Positions 42,709 through 55,333 of a DNA stretch of 64,000 nucleotides are shown here, in pieces; position 1 is the stretch's first letter, and each line of letters starts with the position of its first letter. Source of the DNA: Escherichia coli (GTDB lineage: Bacteria; Pseudomonadota; Gammaproteobacteria; Enterobacterales; Enterobacteriaceae); the NCBI RefSeq assembly GCF_030013595.1, contig NZ_CP122768.1; one strand, given 5' to 3'. The notes beneath the pieces are model-generated. The model worked only from the letters and a program-made list of their open reading frames with translations. It was not told the origin of the DNA and searched no databases. Made by a program: the position numbers and the translations under genes.

Positions 42709-44034
42709 ATGAGCAAAGTAACTCCCCAGCCGAAAATCGGCTTTGTTTCCCTTGGCTGTCCGAAAAACCTTGTCGATTCAGAGCGTATTCTCACCGAACT
42801 ACGCACTGAAGGTTATGACGTGGTACCGAGCTATGACGATGCGGACATGGTGATCGTCAACACCTGCGGCTTTATTGACAGCGCGGTACAAGAATCACTG
42901 GAAGCCATTGGTGAAGCGTTGAATGAAAACGGCAAGGTAATTGTGACCGGTTGTCTGGGGGCAAAAGAAGATCAGATCCGCGAAGTCCACCCGAAAGTGC
43001 TGGAAATCACCGGGCCTCATAGCTATGAGCAGGTTCTGGAGCACGTTCATCACTACGTGCCAAAACCGAAACACAACCCATTCCTGAGCCTGGTGCCAGA
43101 ACAAGGCGTGAAACTGACGCCGCGTCATTATGCCTATCTGAAAATTTCTGAAGGCTGTAATCACCGCTGCACCTTCTGCATTATTCCGTCTATGCGCGGC
43201 GACCTGGTGAGCCGTCCGATTGGCGAAGTGTTAAGTGAAGCGAAACGTCTGGTTGATGCGGGCGTTAAAGAGATTCTGGTGATCTCGCAGGATACTTCCG
43301 CCTATGGCGTCGATGTTAAACATCGTACTGGCTTCCACAACGGCGAGCCGGTAAAAACCAGCATGGTCAGCCTGTGCGAACAGTTATCGAAACTGGGGAT
43401 CTGGACACGTCTGCACTACGTTTACCCTTATCCGCATGTGGACGACGTCATCCCACTGATGGCAGAAGGCAAAATCCTGCCGTATCTGGACATTCCGTTG
43501 CAGCACGCCAGCCCGCGCATTCTCAAACTGATGAAGCGTCCGGGTTCTGTAGATCGCCAACTGGCGCGCATCAAACAGTGGCGCGAAATCTGCCCGGAAC
43601 TGACCCTACGCTCAACCTTTATTGTCGGCTTCCCTGGCGAGACAGAAGAAGATTTCCAGATGCTACTCGACTTCCTGAAAGAAGCGCGTCTGGATCGCGT
43701 TGGCTGCTTTAAATACAGCCCGGTTGAAGGTGCAGACGCCAATGCCCTGCCTGACCAGGTTCCGGAAGAAGTGAAAGAAGAACGCTGGAACCGTTTCATG
43801 CAGTTGCAGCAGCAGATTTCCGCCGAGCGCCTGCAAGAGAAAGTGGGCCGTGAAATTCTGGTGATTATCGACGAAGTGGACGAAGAAGGTGCGATTGGTC
43901 GCAGCATGGCAGATGCACCGGAAATCGACGGCGCGGTTTATCTCAATGGTGAAACCAACGTTAAGCCGGGTGATATCCTGCGTGTGAAAGTCGAGCACGC
44001 CGATGAGTACGATTTGTGGGGTAGCCGGGTTTAA
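42709..44034 (+). CDS. rimO: Ribosomal protein S12 methylthiotransferase RimO (radical SAM)
   Basis: 441-aa [31 protein letters not shown]...; CNHRCTFC radical-SAM cluster. Confidence 0.97.
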
Positions 44035-44218
44035 TTAATCTTAAGGCAGATCTAACAAGGATATTGTTCTTCGATCTGCCTCTGCTACCCTTCCCGATGT
44101 CCTACCCTTACGCACAAAATCCCCTGACGCATAAATCGAGAAAAATGAATCGTACTCGAGGCAACTCTCACTTTTTCACACCAAATTAAAGTTTTGATCG
44201 CAATTACTTGAAATAAGC

Positions 44219-44244
44219 GTAATGGTTACTATAGTAAACATTAC
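44219..44244 (+). promoter_or_regulatory. 26-bp near-perfect palindrome (GTAATGGTTACTATAGTAAACATTAC) just upstream of the toxin gene; candidate autoregulatory operator
   Basis: Dyad-symmetric with 2 symmetric mismatches, core TACTATAGTA, ending about 15 nt before ATG 44260 and overlapping the likely -10 and SD region. Confidence 0.5.
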
Positions 44245-44259
44245 CACAAGGATGGATGT

Positions 44260-44646
44260 ATGGGTGTGTATAAGGCAAGACGATTCAGCCAAAGCACGAA
44301 AAAACTTGGTATTCACGATAAAGTTCTCATGGCTGCCGCTGAAGAAGTGATGCAGGGCATATGGGAGGCTGATTTAGGTAGCGGTGTCATCAAAAAACGT
44401 TTACCCCTCCAACAAGGAAAGAGTGGTGGAGCCAGAACAATTATCTTTTTTAAATCAGCAAATCATGTGTTTTTTTATGATGGTTGGTCCAAGAGTGGTC
44501 TAAGCAGTAAAGGAACCAAAGAAATCGAAGATGATGAACTGGCGGCCTACAAAAAAATGGCAAATGCATTTCTGGCCTTTAGCAATAAGCAAATAGAGGA
44601 TTTGATCGAAACTGGCTTTTTGATTGAGGTGAAAAATGAGCGATAA
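44260..44646 (+). CDS. Putative type II toxin, RelE/ParE-superfamily-like (motif LIKKR...GKSGGxRTIIFF...DDEL...LIEV); not present at this locus in K-12
   Basis: 128-aa ORF MGVYKARRFSQSTKKLGIHDKVLMAAAEEVMQGIWEADLGSGVIKKRLPLQQGKSGGARTIIFFKSANHVFFYDGWSKSG...; AAGGATGG SD; overlaps the downstream HTH gene by 11 nt; looks about 40% GC. Confidence 0.75.
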   Translation: MGVYKARRFSQSTKKLGIHDKVLMAAAEEVMQGIWEADLGSGVIKKRLPLQQGKSGGARTIIFFKSANHVFFYDGWSKSGLSSKGTKEIEDDELAAYKKMANAFLAFSNKQIEDLIETGFLIEVKNER

Positions 44647-44965
44647 ATTACAAATGATGCTGGAAGATGCAAAGGAACTGAATGCACTGGGCCTGATGTC
44701 TGATAGTGAAGTTGATGCCATTGCCGTCATGGTCAAAGCTCGTGAAGTCAGCGCCCGTATAGCCAAAGTCAAATCAATGACGGGTGAAGAGATCAAAGCC
44801 ATCCGCACCCGATACGGCATGTCACAATCCGTGCTGGCACATACAATGGGAATGTCAAAAGAAAGTGTCTCGAAATGGGAACGTAATGAAATAAAACCGA
44901 GCGGCCCGGCATTACGTATTTTGAATACATTGGCAATAAAAGGGCCGGAAGTTTTTGCAAAGTAA
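44636..44965 (+). CDS. Putative antitoxin or transcriptional regulator with C-terminal XRE-type HTH (NadS-like architecture)
   Basis: 109-aa ORF MSDKLQMMLEDAKELNALGLMSDSEVDAIAVMVKAREVSARIAKVKSMTGEEIKAIRTRYGMSQSVLAHTMGMSKESVSKWERNEIKPSGPALRILNTLAIKGPEV; GAGGTG SD; translationally coupled to the upstream gene. Confidence 0.75.
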   Translation: MSDKLQMMLEDAKELNALGLMSDSEVDAIAVMVKAREVSARIAKVKSMTGEEIKAIRTRYGMSQSVLAHTMGMSKESVSKWERNEIKPSGPALRILNTLAIKGPEVFAK

Positions 44966-44995
44966 AATGTTTGCAAATGATTTACCACATTCATT

Positions 44996-45019
44996 AGTAC
45001 CCCTTGATTAAGGGGTACT
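44996..45019. terminator. Hairpin (AGTACCCCTT gatt AAGGGGTACT) between the HTH gene and convergent dgcI
   Basis: 10-bp perfect inverted repeat with a 4-nt loop between two convergent stops. Confidence 0.5.
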
Positions 45020-45034
45020 AACACTATTCTAATT

Positions 45035-46363
45035 CTACTGCCAGCTAATCTGCGCCCTGCCGTTTTTCTTACTTTTATACAGTCGCTCATCCGCCAGCAT
45101 TTTCAAGCGTTCGACGGTAGTACATTCATTTGAATGCGCTACACCGATACTGGTGCTTAAATTAATGCTTCCCACCTGGAAATGAACAATTTCTTTTAGA
45201 ATCGATAGCAACTCTTCCAGCGTTCCACCCGTATAAATCACCGCAAATTCGTCACCGCCGAAGCGGTAGACTTTACCTTTATCTACCGGGATCTGTGATT
45301 TAAGGATTTTCACCACTTTCATCAACACTTCATCGCCCAGCAAATGACCGAAGGTGTCGTTAATGTTTTTGAATTTATCGACGTCAAACAGGCACAAATA
45401 TCCGCCTTTTTCCGGCAGGGCTTTTAAATCTTCGTCAAAGGATTTTCTGCCCATCGCTTTGGTCAGGTCATCCAGGAACGCCGAGTTATACAGACTGTAG
45501 AGTTTTTTGACATCGGCAGCTGAAAAGAAAAGCCCGCCATCCAGTACGCGTTCAAAATGGTTATTAATGATGGCTTCTTTCTCCACAATACCACGATTAA
45601 TCACTCTGCGTACCAGATAGAGGCAACTGACACCCGATATCACTGCCACCAATGCGGCAAAGAAAATAATCAATGTACAGACCCGCAAATAAACATCTTT
45701 TTTATACGCAAATACGTACAATCCGGTCGGCAAATAGGCGAAGTGCTCCATCGCTTCCGAAACGGTGAAGATGGCGTTTTTAGCATTAAATTCATCACCG
45801 GTCACCGGTTTACCGTTCTTAAACAGAGAGAACATCAGGTTCTCGCTATCCATCGCCAGCGATTTTGACAGTAAAGAAAAACGCTCCAGACCAAGCAAAA
45901 ATATCAGACTGCGATTGTGAGTTACCGGATAGAGGTAATAGACGAAGGTTTTACCGTCAAAAGAGATAAACCCTGTATTTTTGACATGTCGATACTTCAC
46001 AATCTGCATAATATCTGCACAATAATTTTTCTCGAACTCCTTTACCTGAATACATTCGTCACTGGAAATCAGATAAGGACCGACATCGTGCAAATAAGAG
46101 GGTGAAACCGAGTCGGCGTAAGCTGTGCGTAAGCCAACCAACAGCTGTTCCTCCGTGGGATTTAGCGTGTTGATAAGATCAATTGCCACGCTACGCCGAT
46201 ATTCAGCAATATTTGCCACCGCAAAAGCAGTATCAATAACGGACTGTTTCAGGTCATACACCCGTTCCTTTACCATTTGAGTGTAGTTCCCGCAGGCAAC
46301 TGCTGAAATCATGATAAAAATCAGCAGACTGACTGTAAGTACGAACTTATTGATTCTGGACAT
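45035..46363 (-). CDS. dgcI: Diguanylate cyclase DgcI (YliF), GGDEF domain
   Basis: 442-aa [30 protein letters not shown]...; C-terminal GGDEF region (RFGGDEF). Confidence 0.95.
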   Translation of the reverse strand: MSRINKFVLTVSLLIFIMISAVACGNYTQMVKERVYDLKQSVIDTAFAVANIAEYRRSVAIDLINTLNPTEEQLLVGLRTAYADSVSPSYLHDVGPYLISSDECIQVKEFEKNYCADIMQIVKYRHVKNTGFISFDGKTFVYYLYPVTHNRSLIFLLGLERFSLLSKSLAMDSENLMFSLFKNGKPVTGDEFNAKNAIFTVSEAMEHFAYLPTGLYVFAYKKDVYLRVCTLIIFFAALVAVISGVSCLYLVRRVINRGIVEKEAIINNHFERVLDGGLFFSAADVKKLYSLYNSAFLDDLTKAMGRKSFDEDLKALPEKGGYLCLFDVDKFKNINDTFGHLLGDEVLMKVVKILKSQIPVDKGKVYRFGGDEFAVIYTGGTLEELLSILKEIVHFQVGSINLSTSIGVAHSNECTTVERLKMLADERLYKSKKNGRAQISWQ

Positions 46364-46370
46364 ACGTAAA

Positions 46371-48719
46371 CTACTCTTTTACTAATTTTCCACTTTTATC
46401 CCAGGCGGAGAACGGCATGGGTTTCTGGTACAGATACCCCTGAGCCTGAACACATCCTAATTTGATTAATTCGCGCGCAACGTCTTCGCTCTCTACGCCT
46501 TCCGCAATCACCGGGATCCGGTTATAGCGTGCCAGATCGAAAATAATGCGCACAATTTTTCCCGCAGTACCGAAAATATCGCCGGTAAATTGTGAGTCCA
46601 CCTTTATGCTATCTGGATTAATTTCATAAAAACGTTTCAGGTTTGACAAACCGGTGCCAAAGTCATCAATCGATATCCGTACCCCTTGTTTACGCAGTTG
46701 TTCAATATTGAGATAAAAATGTTCATTAATTCGCTCGATCACGGTTTCAGTGATCTCAACACAGAGGCTGTTCGCCTTCAGGCCATTTTCCTCCATGATG
46801 GTGGTAAAACGCTCATGAAAGTGTGGTTCGTTTAACTGCCAGGGCGAAACATTAATATGCAGTAAGAAATCATCCTTCAGCGATGCACGCTGACTAAAAT
46901 GTCTGAATTCACCCATTGCCGTTTTAATAATCTGATAACCCAGCTCATTGATAAACCCGATATCTTCAGCAATGGTAATGAACTTCAGCGGTGAAATGAT
47001 CCCCCGCTCCGCAGACACCCAACGGCACAACGCCTCCGCGCCCAGAATGGCGCGGGTGTTAATATCAACGATCGGTTGATAGACGAGGAATAGTTCGCCA
47101 ATTTCCATTGCATGGCGAATATTACGCGCAATCCAGATATTCTCTTCTATTTCGTTGAGTTTCGCGTCATCACAGAAAATAAACTCGGAGAACATATGGT
47201 CACGGATACTGGAAATCGCCAGTTTCAGTTTTTCTGCGTAACTCCAGGCGTTTTCTCCCTGCAAAGGTTCACAAATGGCAGACTTATGGATGCGCAGATT
47301 GCGGTAGCCAAAGCTGCTGTCAAAATCGTTTATCATCGCTATTTTACGGGTAAATGTCTGTACATTTTCCCGGCACAGAAGTAAATAGAGATCGGCATTG
47401 AATGTCACGATATCGCAGCATTGCGCATATTTCTCGGCAATTCGCTGACACAATTTCCTGACGATTTTATTGCGTTCATCAACACCAAACACCGCTTCCA
47501 CGGCTTCCAGACCACACAGTTTGATGATCCCCACAGCCAGATACTGATTATTGTTGGACTCAATAATCGCCATATTTTTAATAAAACCGCTTTCCTGATC
47601 GTAAGAGATCAGTGAGAGCAATTTATTTGACCGTTCAATTTCGGCATCTTTCATTTCCGCGATCGAATTTTTGATGCTGATAATCTCTTTCGCATCGCCT
47701 TCGCGAATTTTCAGAGCCTCGATCTGATCCGTTGAGTCGGGCAAAAACGCTAGCGTATTAACCAGCTCGGTCATTTCAGAAAATTGCCGACGGAACACAC
47801 GAGTGGTCATTAAATAAACCACCAGCAATACGATAATAATGAAAGCAAACGGCAGATAAAAAAGTTTATCTGATGCGTTCAATAAATTACCGCCAGGATA
47901 ATAAAAATAGATTTCGAATAATGCGTTGTTTGGCACCGCTGATGTTTTTTCGATATATTCAGTATCGACAGAATCAATAATATTATAATTACCTTCGCTA
48001 TTATAAATAATCAGTTTTTCACGCGCGAGTTGATTCTTGGCAATGATCTCATGGCCTTGTTTCAAAAATAGAACTTCATCATTAGCGCTGATTTGATCAA
48101 GATACTCGTTCAGATATCGCCAGTTTAAATCGACATGTATTTTATCCACCGCTAACAAATCGTGATCTTTGCCGTTGATGCGTAGCGTAAAAGAGATACA
48201 TTTTTTACCCGGACGATCAAAGCAATTGTAGGCCGGATTCCAGCTGTTGTTAGAGTCATCTGAAGCCACCGACCATGGTCGTTTCGATGGATTAAAATCG
48301 GCAAAAATAACCCGCCCTGACTCGTCGACAAGCGGTCCATTTACTTCTTCCTGATGATAAACAACGATTTTATCATTCGCCCTCCGCGAAAAGAGATAAT
48401 ATTTATTATCATCAAGTACCAGTCCCACCGAGTCTAAAAATGGCATCATTTCCATTTTAAGGATCACAGCGCGTTGAATCTCCTCTGTATTTTTTAATAA
48501 ATACAGTGAGTCCTTTAATGTCAGGGCCGAACGTTCAATATCTTTAAAGAAATAGCCAACGTTTTTCTGAATAAGTTCAAAGCGGCTATCGGCACGTTTT
48601 ACCGCGCGTTCCGATACCAGTTGATAGTTAATGATGAAAAAAAGGCCAATAAATGACAGTGCTGCCAATAAAAATAAAATTATCAGCCTTATCTTTATCT
48701 TTTCGTATAAACTCAGCAT
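46371..48719 (-). CDS. pdeI: c-di-GMP phosphodiesterase PdeI (YliE), EAL domain
   Basis: ORF 46371..48797; ATG at 48719 (track frame) gives [34 protein letters not shown], 782 aa; C-terminal EAL region. Confidence 0.93.
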   Translation of the reverse strand: MLSLYEKIKIRLIILFLLAALSFIGLFFIINYQLVSERAVKRADSRFELIQKNVGYFFKDIERSALTLKDSLYLLKNTEEIQRAVILKMEMMPFLDSVGLVLDDNKYYLFSRRANDKIVVYHQEEVNGPLVDESGRVIFADFNPSKRPWSVASDDSNNSWNPAYNCFDRPGKKCISFTLRINGKDHDLLAVDKIHVDLNWRYLNEYLDQISANDEVLFLKQGHEIIAKNQLAREKLIIYNSEGNYNIIDSVDTEYIEKTSAVPNNALFEIYFYYPGGNLLNASDKLFYLPFAFIIIVLLVVYLMTTRVFRRQFSEMTELVNTLAFLPDSTDQIEALKIREGDAKEIISIKNSIAEMKDAEIERSNKLLSLISYDQESGFIKNMAIIESNNNQYLAVGIIKLCGLEAVEAVFGVDERNKIVRKLCQRIAEKYAQCCDIVTFNADLYLLLCRENVQTFTRKIAMINDFDSSFGYRNLRIHKSAICEPLQGENAWSYAEKLKLAISSIRDHMFSEFIFCDDAKLNEIEENIWIARNIRHAMEIGELFLVYQPIVDINTRAILGAEALCRWVSAERGIISPLKFITIAEDIGFINELGYQIIKTAMGEFRHFSQRASLKDDFLLHINVSPWQLNEPHFHERFTTIMEENGLKANSLCVEITETVIERINEHFYLNIEQLRKQGVRISIDDFGTGLSNLKRFYEINPDSIKVDSQFTGDIFGTAGKIVRIIFDLARYNRIPVIAEGVESEDVARELIKLGCVQAQGYLYQKPMPFSAWDKSGKLVKE

Positions 48720-48896
48720 GTTAATACATTTAACAAAATAACTGTCTGAACGCTGTGCCGCTGCAAAAACAGTCCCTTGCTGCGGCTTTTTAACCAAATT
48801 ACCCGATTCTACAAAATCAGCAGAAAGTTACAACACTTGCTTAGGGCAATAATTTCCTGTGAGGTGATTACCCTTTCAAGCAATATTCAAACGTAA

Positions 48897-49808
48897 CTAT
48901 CCTTTAATTTTCGGATCCAGCGCATCGCGTAAACCATCGCCCAACAAATTGAACGCCAGTACGGTCAGAAAAATAGCCAGGGCCGGAAAAACAGCGACAT
49001 GCGGCGCGATAACCATATCCGCTCGTGCCTCATTGAGCATTGCTCCCCACTCTGGTGTCGGCGGCTGCGCACCGAGGCCGAGAAATGACAGGCTGGCGGC
49101 AGAGATAATCGAGGTGCCAATGCGCATGGTGAAAAACACCACGATAGAAGAGACGGTCCCAGGCAAGATATGACGCAACAAAATGGTCATATCGCTGGCA
49201 CCAATACTGCGTGCTGACTCAATAAAGGTTTGCTGTTTCAACACCAGCGTGTTGCCGCGCACCAGCCGGGCAAACGCGGGGATGGAAAAAATGGCGACTG
49301 CGATAATCACGTTAGCAATGCCGCTTCCCAACACCGCAACAACAGCGATCGCCAGTAAAATACCCGGGAAGGCAAACAGCACATCGCAAATGCGCATGAT
49401 CAGCCGATCCCACCAGCCTTCATAATATCCAGCCAGCAAGCCCAGCAACGTCCCGATCGCCGCACCGATAAACACGGCAAACACGCCCGCCGCCAGCGAG
49501 ATTTGCGCACCAACCAAGACACGGCTGAAAATGTCGCGCCCCAGTGAATCGACACCAAACCAGTGCTGCAAAGAAGGTCCGTTATTCAGATTGTCATAAT
49601 CAAAATAATTTTCGGCGTCATAGGGAGCGATCCAGCGTGCAAAAATGGCCACCACAATCAATAAAATAACGAACAATGCGGCGGTCATCGCCATATGCTG
49701 ACGGCGAAATCGTCGCCAGAATTCATGCCACGGTGTACGTACCTGGTCAGGTTTGACCAGTGGCATGGCGTTTAACACCGCCTGACGTCGCCAGTTAAAT
49801 AGTCGCAT
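48897..49808 (-). CDS. gsiD: Glutathione ABC transporter permease GsiD
   Basis: 303-aa [37 protein letters not shown]... Confidence 0.96.
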   Translation of the reverse strand: MRLFNWRRQAVLNAMPLVKPDQVRTPWHEFWRRFRRQHMAMTAALFVILLIVVAIFARWIAPYDAENYFDYDNLNNGPSLQHWFGVDSLGRDIFSRVLVGAQISLAAGVFAVFIGAAIGTLLGLLAGYYEGWWDRLIMRICDVLFAFPGILLAIAVVAVLGSGIANVIIAVAIFSIPAFARLVRGNTLVLKQQTFIESARSIGASDMTILLRHILPGTVSSIVVFFTMRIGTSIISAASLSFLGLGAQPPTPEWGAMLNEARADMVIAPHVAVFPALAIFLTVLAFNLLGDGLRDALDPKIKG

Positions 49809-49810
49809 CC

Positions 49811-50731
49811 TTACTTGTACCTGATAGCCGGGTTAATGGCGGCGTAAAGCACATCCACCACTAAGTTGATAAGAATAAATTCCAGCGAGAAAAGCAGAAT
49901 TTCCGCCTGAATCACCGGGTAATCGCGCATTTCTACGGAGTCAACGAGTAAGCGTCCAAGTCCGGGCCAGTTGAAAACTTTCTCCACCACGATGGAACCA
50001 CCGAGCAAGAAGCCAAACTGTAAGCCCATCATGGTCACTACCGGGATCATCGCGTTGCGTAGCCCGTGTTTGAGGACAACCCAGGTTTCGCTCACCCCTT
50101 TCGCCCTCGCGGTACGCATATAATCTTCGCTTAAAACATCGACAAACGACGCGCGGGTAAAGCGCGCCATCACGGCTGCCACTGCCGCGCCGAGCGTCAG
50201 GGAGGGTAAAATGTAGTGCTGCCAACTGTCTGCTCCCACGGTAGGCAGCCAGCCCAGTTCAACGGAGAATACCTGAATTAAAAGCATCCCCAGCGCAAAT
50301 GCCGGAAACGAGATCCCCGACACCGCAATGGTCATACTCAATCGATCCGGCCAACGATTACGCCAGACGGCGGCGATAATTCCCGCCGCCATACCAAATA
50401 TCACCGCCCAGACCATACTGGTTATGGTCAGCCACAGCGTTGGCATAAAGCGGCTGGCAATCTCATCGCCAACCGGACGACGCGACACCATCGACAGGCC
50501 AAAATCCCCCTGCACAGCATTGCTGATATAGTGCCAGAACTGGTGATACAGCGGCTGATCCAACCCCAGCTGCTGACGCACCAGTTCTATAACCTGCGCA
50601 TCAGCTTCGGGCCCGGCAATCAATCGCGCCGGATCGCCGGGCAGCATATGGACAAATAAAAACACCAGCACCGAGACGATAAACAGCGTCGGAATCAACC
50701 CCAGCAAGCGTTTGATAACGTAATTAAGCAT
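49811..50731 (-). CDS. gsiC: Glutathione ABC transporter permease GsiC
   Basis: 306-aa [40 protein letters not shown]... Confidence 0.96.
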   Translation of the reverse strand: MLNYVIKRLLGLIPTLFIVSVLVFLFVHMLPGDPARLIAGPEADAQVIELVRQQLGLDQPLYHQFWHYISNAVQGDFGLSMVSRRPVGDEIASRFMPTLWLTITSMVWAVIFGMAAGIIAAVWRNRWPDRLSMTIAVSGISFPAFALGMLLIQVFSVELGWLPTVGADSWQHYILPSLTLGAAVAAVMARFTRASFVDVLSEDYMRTARAKGVSETWVVLKHGLRNAMIPVVTMMGLQFGFLLGGSIVVEKVFNWPGLGRLLVDSVEMRDYPVIQAEILLFSLEFILINLVVDVLYAAINPAIRYK

Positions 50732-50748
50732 TCCACTCCCTGCGTTGC

Positions 50749-52287
50749 TTATTGCAAATCCGCGTCTTCAAAGCTGAAGCCGGTGTCTGGCATGATCCAA
50801 AAACCGGTCAGGTTTTTACTGTGTGCCGACACCAGTTTTTCTACCACCAGCGGGATCCACGGCGACTCTTGCCAGATGATATCCTGCGCCGCCTTATATA
50901 AACGGGTCTTTTCTGCCGGATCATTAGTTTTCAGTGCCTGAGCCAGGAAGTCATCCACCTGTTTATTGCTGTAAAACGCGGTATTAAACAGCGTCGGTGG
51001 CCAGTTCTGCGAGGCAAACAGCGGCGATAGTGCCCAGTCCGCTTCGCCGGTTGAAGCCGACCAGCCAGTGTAGAACATCCGCACGCCGCTCTCTTTTTGC
51101 CCTTTACCTTCAACTTCTGCCGCCCGCTGTCCGGCATCCATCGCAGTCACCTGGGCTTTAATCCCGATCTGCGCTAACTGCTGCTGGGTAAATTGCAGCA
51201 CTTTCTGCGCGGTGCTGTGGTTATGTGACGACCACAGCGTGGTACTGAAACCGTTGGGATATCCCGCCTCTTTCAGTAATTCGCGCGCTTTCACTGGATC
51301 GTAAGGCCACGGTTTATAACTTTGCGCGTAGGCGATACTCGGCGGTACCACACCAGTAGCTGGCGTTGCATAGCCCGCGAAGGCTACTTTCACCAGCGCC
51401 GGGCGGTTAATGGCGTAATTCAGCGCCTCACGGACCTTCGGGTTATCGAACGGCTTTTGCGTCACGTTCATACTGATATAACGCTGCATAATTGACGGAC
51501 TGGCCATCAACTCGATATTTTTGTTTTTCTCCAGCAGTGCGGCCTGCTCGTAGGGAATGGGGAAAGCAAACTGCGCTTCACCGGTTTGCAGCATTGCCGC
51601 GCGGGTATTGTTATCCGCCACCGGACGCCAGGTTATGCTGTCCAGTTTGGGCAATCCTGGCTGCCAGTAACCCGCGAATTTTTTCACCTTCACAAAATCG
51701 GTCTGATTCCAGGTATCCAGTTCATACGGCCCGGTTCCCACCGGATGAAAACCAATCTCCTTGCCATATTTTTCCAGCGCTGCCGGCGAAATCATCGCGG
51801 TCGCCGGATGGGCAAGAATATTAATAAACGCTGAGAACGGCTGTTTGAGGGTAATCTTTACCGTTGTTGGATCGATCGCTTCCGTTTTGGCAATATTCTT
51901 ATACAGGTTGTAGCGTTTAAGATGATTCGCCGGATCGCTGGCCCGGTCCAGATTCGCTTTTACCGCCGCTGCGTTGAAGTCGGTGCCATCCTGGAATTTA
52001 ATGCCTTCCCGCAATTTCACGGTGTAAGTAAGGCCGTCATCGGAAACGGTATAACTCTCCGCCAGCACGTTTTTCAGTTTCATCTCTTTATCGAGACCGA
52101 ACAGCCCCTGGTAAAACGATTTCGCTACGGCCTGAGATAACGTGTCATTTGCGTCATACGGATCGAGCGTGGTGAAGTTCGATCCTACCGCCACCACCAC
52201 ATCTTTGGCAGCGAATGCACAAGATGCCATCAACGCTGTCGCAATGCCCAGCGCCACTAACCCACTACGGTGTACAGCTCTTGCCAT
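50749..52287 (-). CDS. gsiB: Glutathione-binding periplasmic protein GsiB
   Basis: 512-aa [51 protein letters not shown]... Confidence 0.96.
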   Translation of the reverse strand: MARAVHRSGLVALGIATALMASCAFAAKDVVVAVGSNFTTLDPYDANDTLSQAVAKSFYQGLFGLDKEMKLKNVLAESYTVSDDGLTYTVKLREGIKFQDGTDFNAAAVKANLDRASDPANHLKRYNLYKNIAKTEAIDPTTVKITLKQPFSAFINILAHPATAMISPAALEKYGKEIGFHPVGTGPYELDTWNQTDFVKVKKFAGYWQPGLPKLDSITWRPVADNNTRAAMLQTGEAQFAFPIPYEQAALLEKNKNIELMASPSIMQRYISMNVTQKPFDNPKVREALNYAINRPALVKVAFAGYATPATGVVPPSIAYAQSYKPWPYDPVKARELLKEAGYPNGFSTTLWSSHNHSTAQKVLQFTQQQLAQIGIKAQVTAMDAGQRAAEVEGKGQKESGVRMFYTGWSASTGEADWALSPLFASQNWPPTLFNTAFYSNKQVDDFLAQALKTNDPAEKTRLYKAAQDIIWQESPWIPLVVEKLVSAHSKNLTGFWIMPDTGFSFEDADLQ

Positions 52288-52306
52288 TTTATTCTCCGCC
52301 TGAATG

Positions 52307-54178
52307 TTATCTACGCATGAATGCGTATTCTGATTGTGGTTGTGCGACGTAATGCCCCGGCCCGACGCATTGCAACGAGACGGCTACAACCTCTTCACCA
52401 CGCAGATGAATATTGCTGGGAAGATCGTCCGACAGCAGTACACGCTGCGGTCGTTGTCGGGACGGTTCAGCGACCGGAACTGCCGCCAGTAATTTACGCG
52501 TATAAGGATGCTGCGGGTTTTCGAAGACCGCGCGCCGTGGACCAATTTCAACAATTTGTCCGAGAGACATCACCGCCACACGATGACTAATCCGCTCTAC
52601 CACGGCCATATCGTGGGAGATAAACAGATACGCAATGCCGAAATCACGCTGGAGATCGAGCAACAAGTTGATAATCTGCCCGCGAATAGAAACATCCAGC
52701 GCCGAGACGGCTTCGTCGGCAATGATCACTTTTGGATTCAATGCCAACGCGCGAGCAATGCAGATGCGCTGGCGCTGACCGCCGGAAAACTCATGCGGGT
52801 AACGCCAGGCATGTTCAGGTAACAGGCCCACGCGCTCCAGCAACCACGCAACGCGGGCAGCCGCTTCTTTACCTGGCAATAAACCGTGTACGCGCAGCGG
52901 TTCGATAATCGAATCACCGATGGTCTGACGTGGGTCCAGCGAAGCGTAAGGGTCCTGAAAAATAAACTGAATATCGCGGCGCAATGCCTGAAGTTTACCG
53001 GATGACAAGGTATCGATTCGCTGACCGTTAAAGATAATTTCGCCGCCCTGCGATTCGACCAGGCGCAGCAACGCCCGCCCGGTAGTGGATTTACCGCTGC
53101 CAGACTCGCCCACCAGCGATAGCGTTTCGCCAGGCCAGAGATCAAAACTGACTTTCTCAACGGCATGCACTTCCCGCGTTACGCGATTCAACAAACCGCT
53201 GCGCAAAGGGAAACGGGTGACCAGATTACGCACCCGTAAAATAGGTTCGCCATCCACCACCGTTTTCTGCTCGATGGGGGGTTCCTGTTTCGCTGGATGT
53301 TCAAGCGATATCAATGGGAAACGTCGGGGATAATCTAACCCTTTCATCGCACCAAGTTGCGGAACAGCAGCTAACAGCGCACGGGTGTAAGGATGTTGCG
53401 GTGCATGAAAAATCTGTTCGACGCTACCCGTTTCCACCGCCTCGCCCTGATACATCACCAGTACCCGATCGGCAATCTCTGCCACCACGCCCATATCGTG
53501 AGTGATAAAGATAACGCCCATCGACATCTCTTTTTGCAATACTTTGATTAATTGCAGGATCTGCGCCTGAATAGTGACATCCAGCGCGGTGGTTGGCTCA
53601 TCGGCAATCAGCACCGCCGGGCGGCATGACAGTGCCATCGCAATCATCACTCGCTGGCGCATCCCGCCAGAGAGTTGATGCGGATAACGTGAAAGAATGG
53701 TTTGTGCCTCCGGAATGCGTACCTGATCCAGCATCCGCTTCGCCTCGACCATTGCTTCTTCACGACTGGCGTTTTGATGCAGACGAATAGATTCAGCAAT
53801 CTGTTCACCCACAGTAAATACCGGGTTCAGCGATGTCATCGGCTCCTGAAATATCATCGCCATATCCGCACCGCGCACATGGCGCATTTGTGCAGCGCTC
53901 TGCTCGATAAGTTCAATCACTTCGCGACTGCGCCTCCGCAACAGCATTTTATCGCACTGTACTAAACCGCCCGCCTGTTCCAACAGACGCATCAATGCCA
54001 GCGCAGTCACTGACTTACCGGAGCCGGATTCGCCAACAATTGCCAGCGTCTCACCGCGTTGCAGGCTAAAAGAGAGATTGCGGACCGCAGCTATTTTCTG
54101 CTGGTCCTGCATAAAGGCAATATTCAGATTTTCAACCGCCAGCACATCACCGGCATCAAGTTCATCACTGTGTGGCAA
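52307..54178 (-). CDS. gsiA: Glutathione ABC transporter ATP-binding protein GsiA (two ABC domains)
   Basis: ORF 52307..54286; the start matching GsiA (M)[21 protein letters not shown] is TTG at 54176-54178, overlapping the iaaA stop by 14 nt; start codon is uncertain. Confidence 0.9.
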   Translation of the reverse strand: MPHSDELDAGDVLAVENLNIAFMQDQQKIAAVRNLSFSLQRGETLAIVGESGSGKSVTALALMRLLEQAGGLVQCDKMLLRRRSREVIELIEQSAAQMRHVRGADMAMIFQEPMTSLNPVFTVGEQIAESIRLHQNASREEAMVEAKRMLDQVRIPEAQTILSRYPHQLSGGMRQRVMIAMALSCRPAVLIADEPTTALDVTIQAQILQLIKVLQKEMSMGVIFITHDMGVVAEIADRVLVMYQGEAVETGSVEQIFHAPQHPYTRALLAAVPQLGAMKGLDYPRRFPLISLEHPAKQEPPIEQKTVVDGEPILRVRNLVTRFPLRSGLLNRVTREVHAVEKVSFDLWPGETLSLVGESGSGKSTTGRALLRLVESQGGEIIFNGQRIDTLSSGKLQALRRDIQFIFQDPYASLDPRQTIGDSIIEPLRVHGLLPGKEAAARVAWLLERVGLLPEHAWRYPHEFSGGQRQRICIARALALNPKVIIADEAVSALDVSIRGQIINLLLDLQRDFGIAYLFISHDMAVVERISHRVAVMSLGQIVEIGPRRAVFENPQHPYTRKLLAAVPVAEPSRQRPQRVLLSDDLPSNIHLRGEEVVAVSLQCVGPGHYVAQPQSEYAFMRR

Positions 54179-55130
54179 CGGTGTCCCCTTTTTCACGGTA
54201 GATACCGGTGGTTGGCGTATCGCCTGCGTAGCCCCAGGCGCGATACATTCCTTCGGTGTTAAACGGTAGCGCGACATTGCCTTCATGGTCGATAGCGATT
54301 AAGCCACCGCTACCGCCAAGCGCAGGGAGTTTTTCCATTACTACCCGCTCGCAGGCTTCCGCGAGACTTAATCCGCCGTAATCCATTAACGCGGCGATGT
54401 CATATGCCGCCAGCGCGCGGATGAAGACTTCGCCCGTGCCGGTACATGAAACCGCCACACTGGCGTTATTGGCGTAGCATCCGGCCCCCACTAAGGGGCT
54501 ATCGCCAACTCGTCCGGGTAATTTATTGGTCATTCCGCCCGTGGACGTGGCTGCCGCCAGATTGCCGTCTAAATCCAACGCCACGGCCCCCACGGTGCCC
54601 ATTTTCTGTTTTTCATCCAGTGGCGCACCGCTATGGTCGAGAACCATTGCCCCTTCCTCGCGCGCTGCCAGTAGTTGTTCATAACGCAAAGGCGTGGAGA
54701 AAATCTCCGGTGAGACGCGCTCCATGCCATGAGCAAACGCAAAATTTTCTGCCCCTTCGCCAATCATCATCACATGCGGGCTTTGCTCCATCACCAGCCG
54801 GGCGGCAAGAACCGGATTACGCAGATGACTAACGCCCGCCACCGCACCGGCTTTCAGGGTGTTACCATCCATCACACAGGCGTCCAGTTCATGGGTTTCA
54901 TCACGCGTAAAGACAGCGCCAATTCCGGCGTTAAACAGTGGACACTCTTCCAACAGACGCACCGCTTCCGTCACCACATCCAGCGCACTTTCGCCCGCTT
55001 CCAGCATTTTCTGCCCGGTTTCAACAATGGCAGACAACGCCTCGATGTAGCGTAATTCCTGTTGCAGACTCATCTGCGCGCGGCTAATTGCACCTGCGCC
55101 ACCATGAATTGCAATGACTGCTTTGCCCAT
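54165..55130 (-). CDS. iaaA: Isoaspartyl peptidase / L-asparaginase IaaA
   Basis: 321-aa [43 protein letters not shown]... Confidence 0.95.
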   Translation of the reverse strand: MGKAVIAIHGGAGAISRAQMSLQQELRYIEALSAIVETGQKMLEAGESALDVVTEAVRLLEECPLFNAGIGAVFTRDETHELDACVMDGNTLKAGAVAGVSHLRNPVLAARLVMEQSPHVMMIGEGAENFAFAHGMERVSPEIFSTPLRYEQLLAAREEGAMVLDHSGAPLDEKQKMGTVGAVALDLDGNLAAATSTGGMTNKLPGRVGDSPLVGAGCYANNASVAVSCTGTGEVFIRALAAYDIAALMDYGGLSLAEACERVVMEKLPALGGSGGLIAIDHEGNVALPFNTEGMYRAWGYAGDTPTTGIYREKGDTVATQ

Positions 55131-55333
55131 AGTATTCGTCCATTAAGGGTGGCTCGCCACTTTTGCTATAAATATCAGAATTTTTATGAATTACTCATTC
55201 AATTTTTGAATATAGAAAGATGGATATGGCATGTAAAGGCAGGACCCAGCGCTACGCCCGAGGTGGCATACAGTCTGTGGCGTTTTTCTGACATAATAGG
55301 CAAATTCGATTTTGCCTCCGCAGGAGTGTTTTC

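Noticed and set aside
44043-44080. Inverted repeat AGGCAGATC...GATCTGCCT downstream of rimO as a terminator or island boundary repeat
   Set aside because: The 9-bp arms are separated by a 20-nt loop and are not followed by a U-tract; I cannot show that it marks an insertion boundary without a reference alignment.
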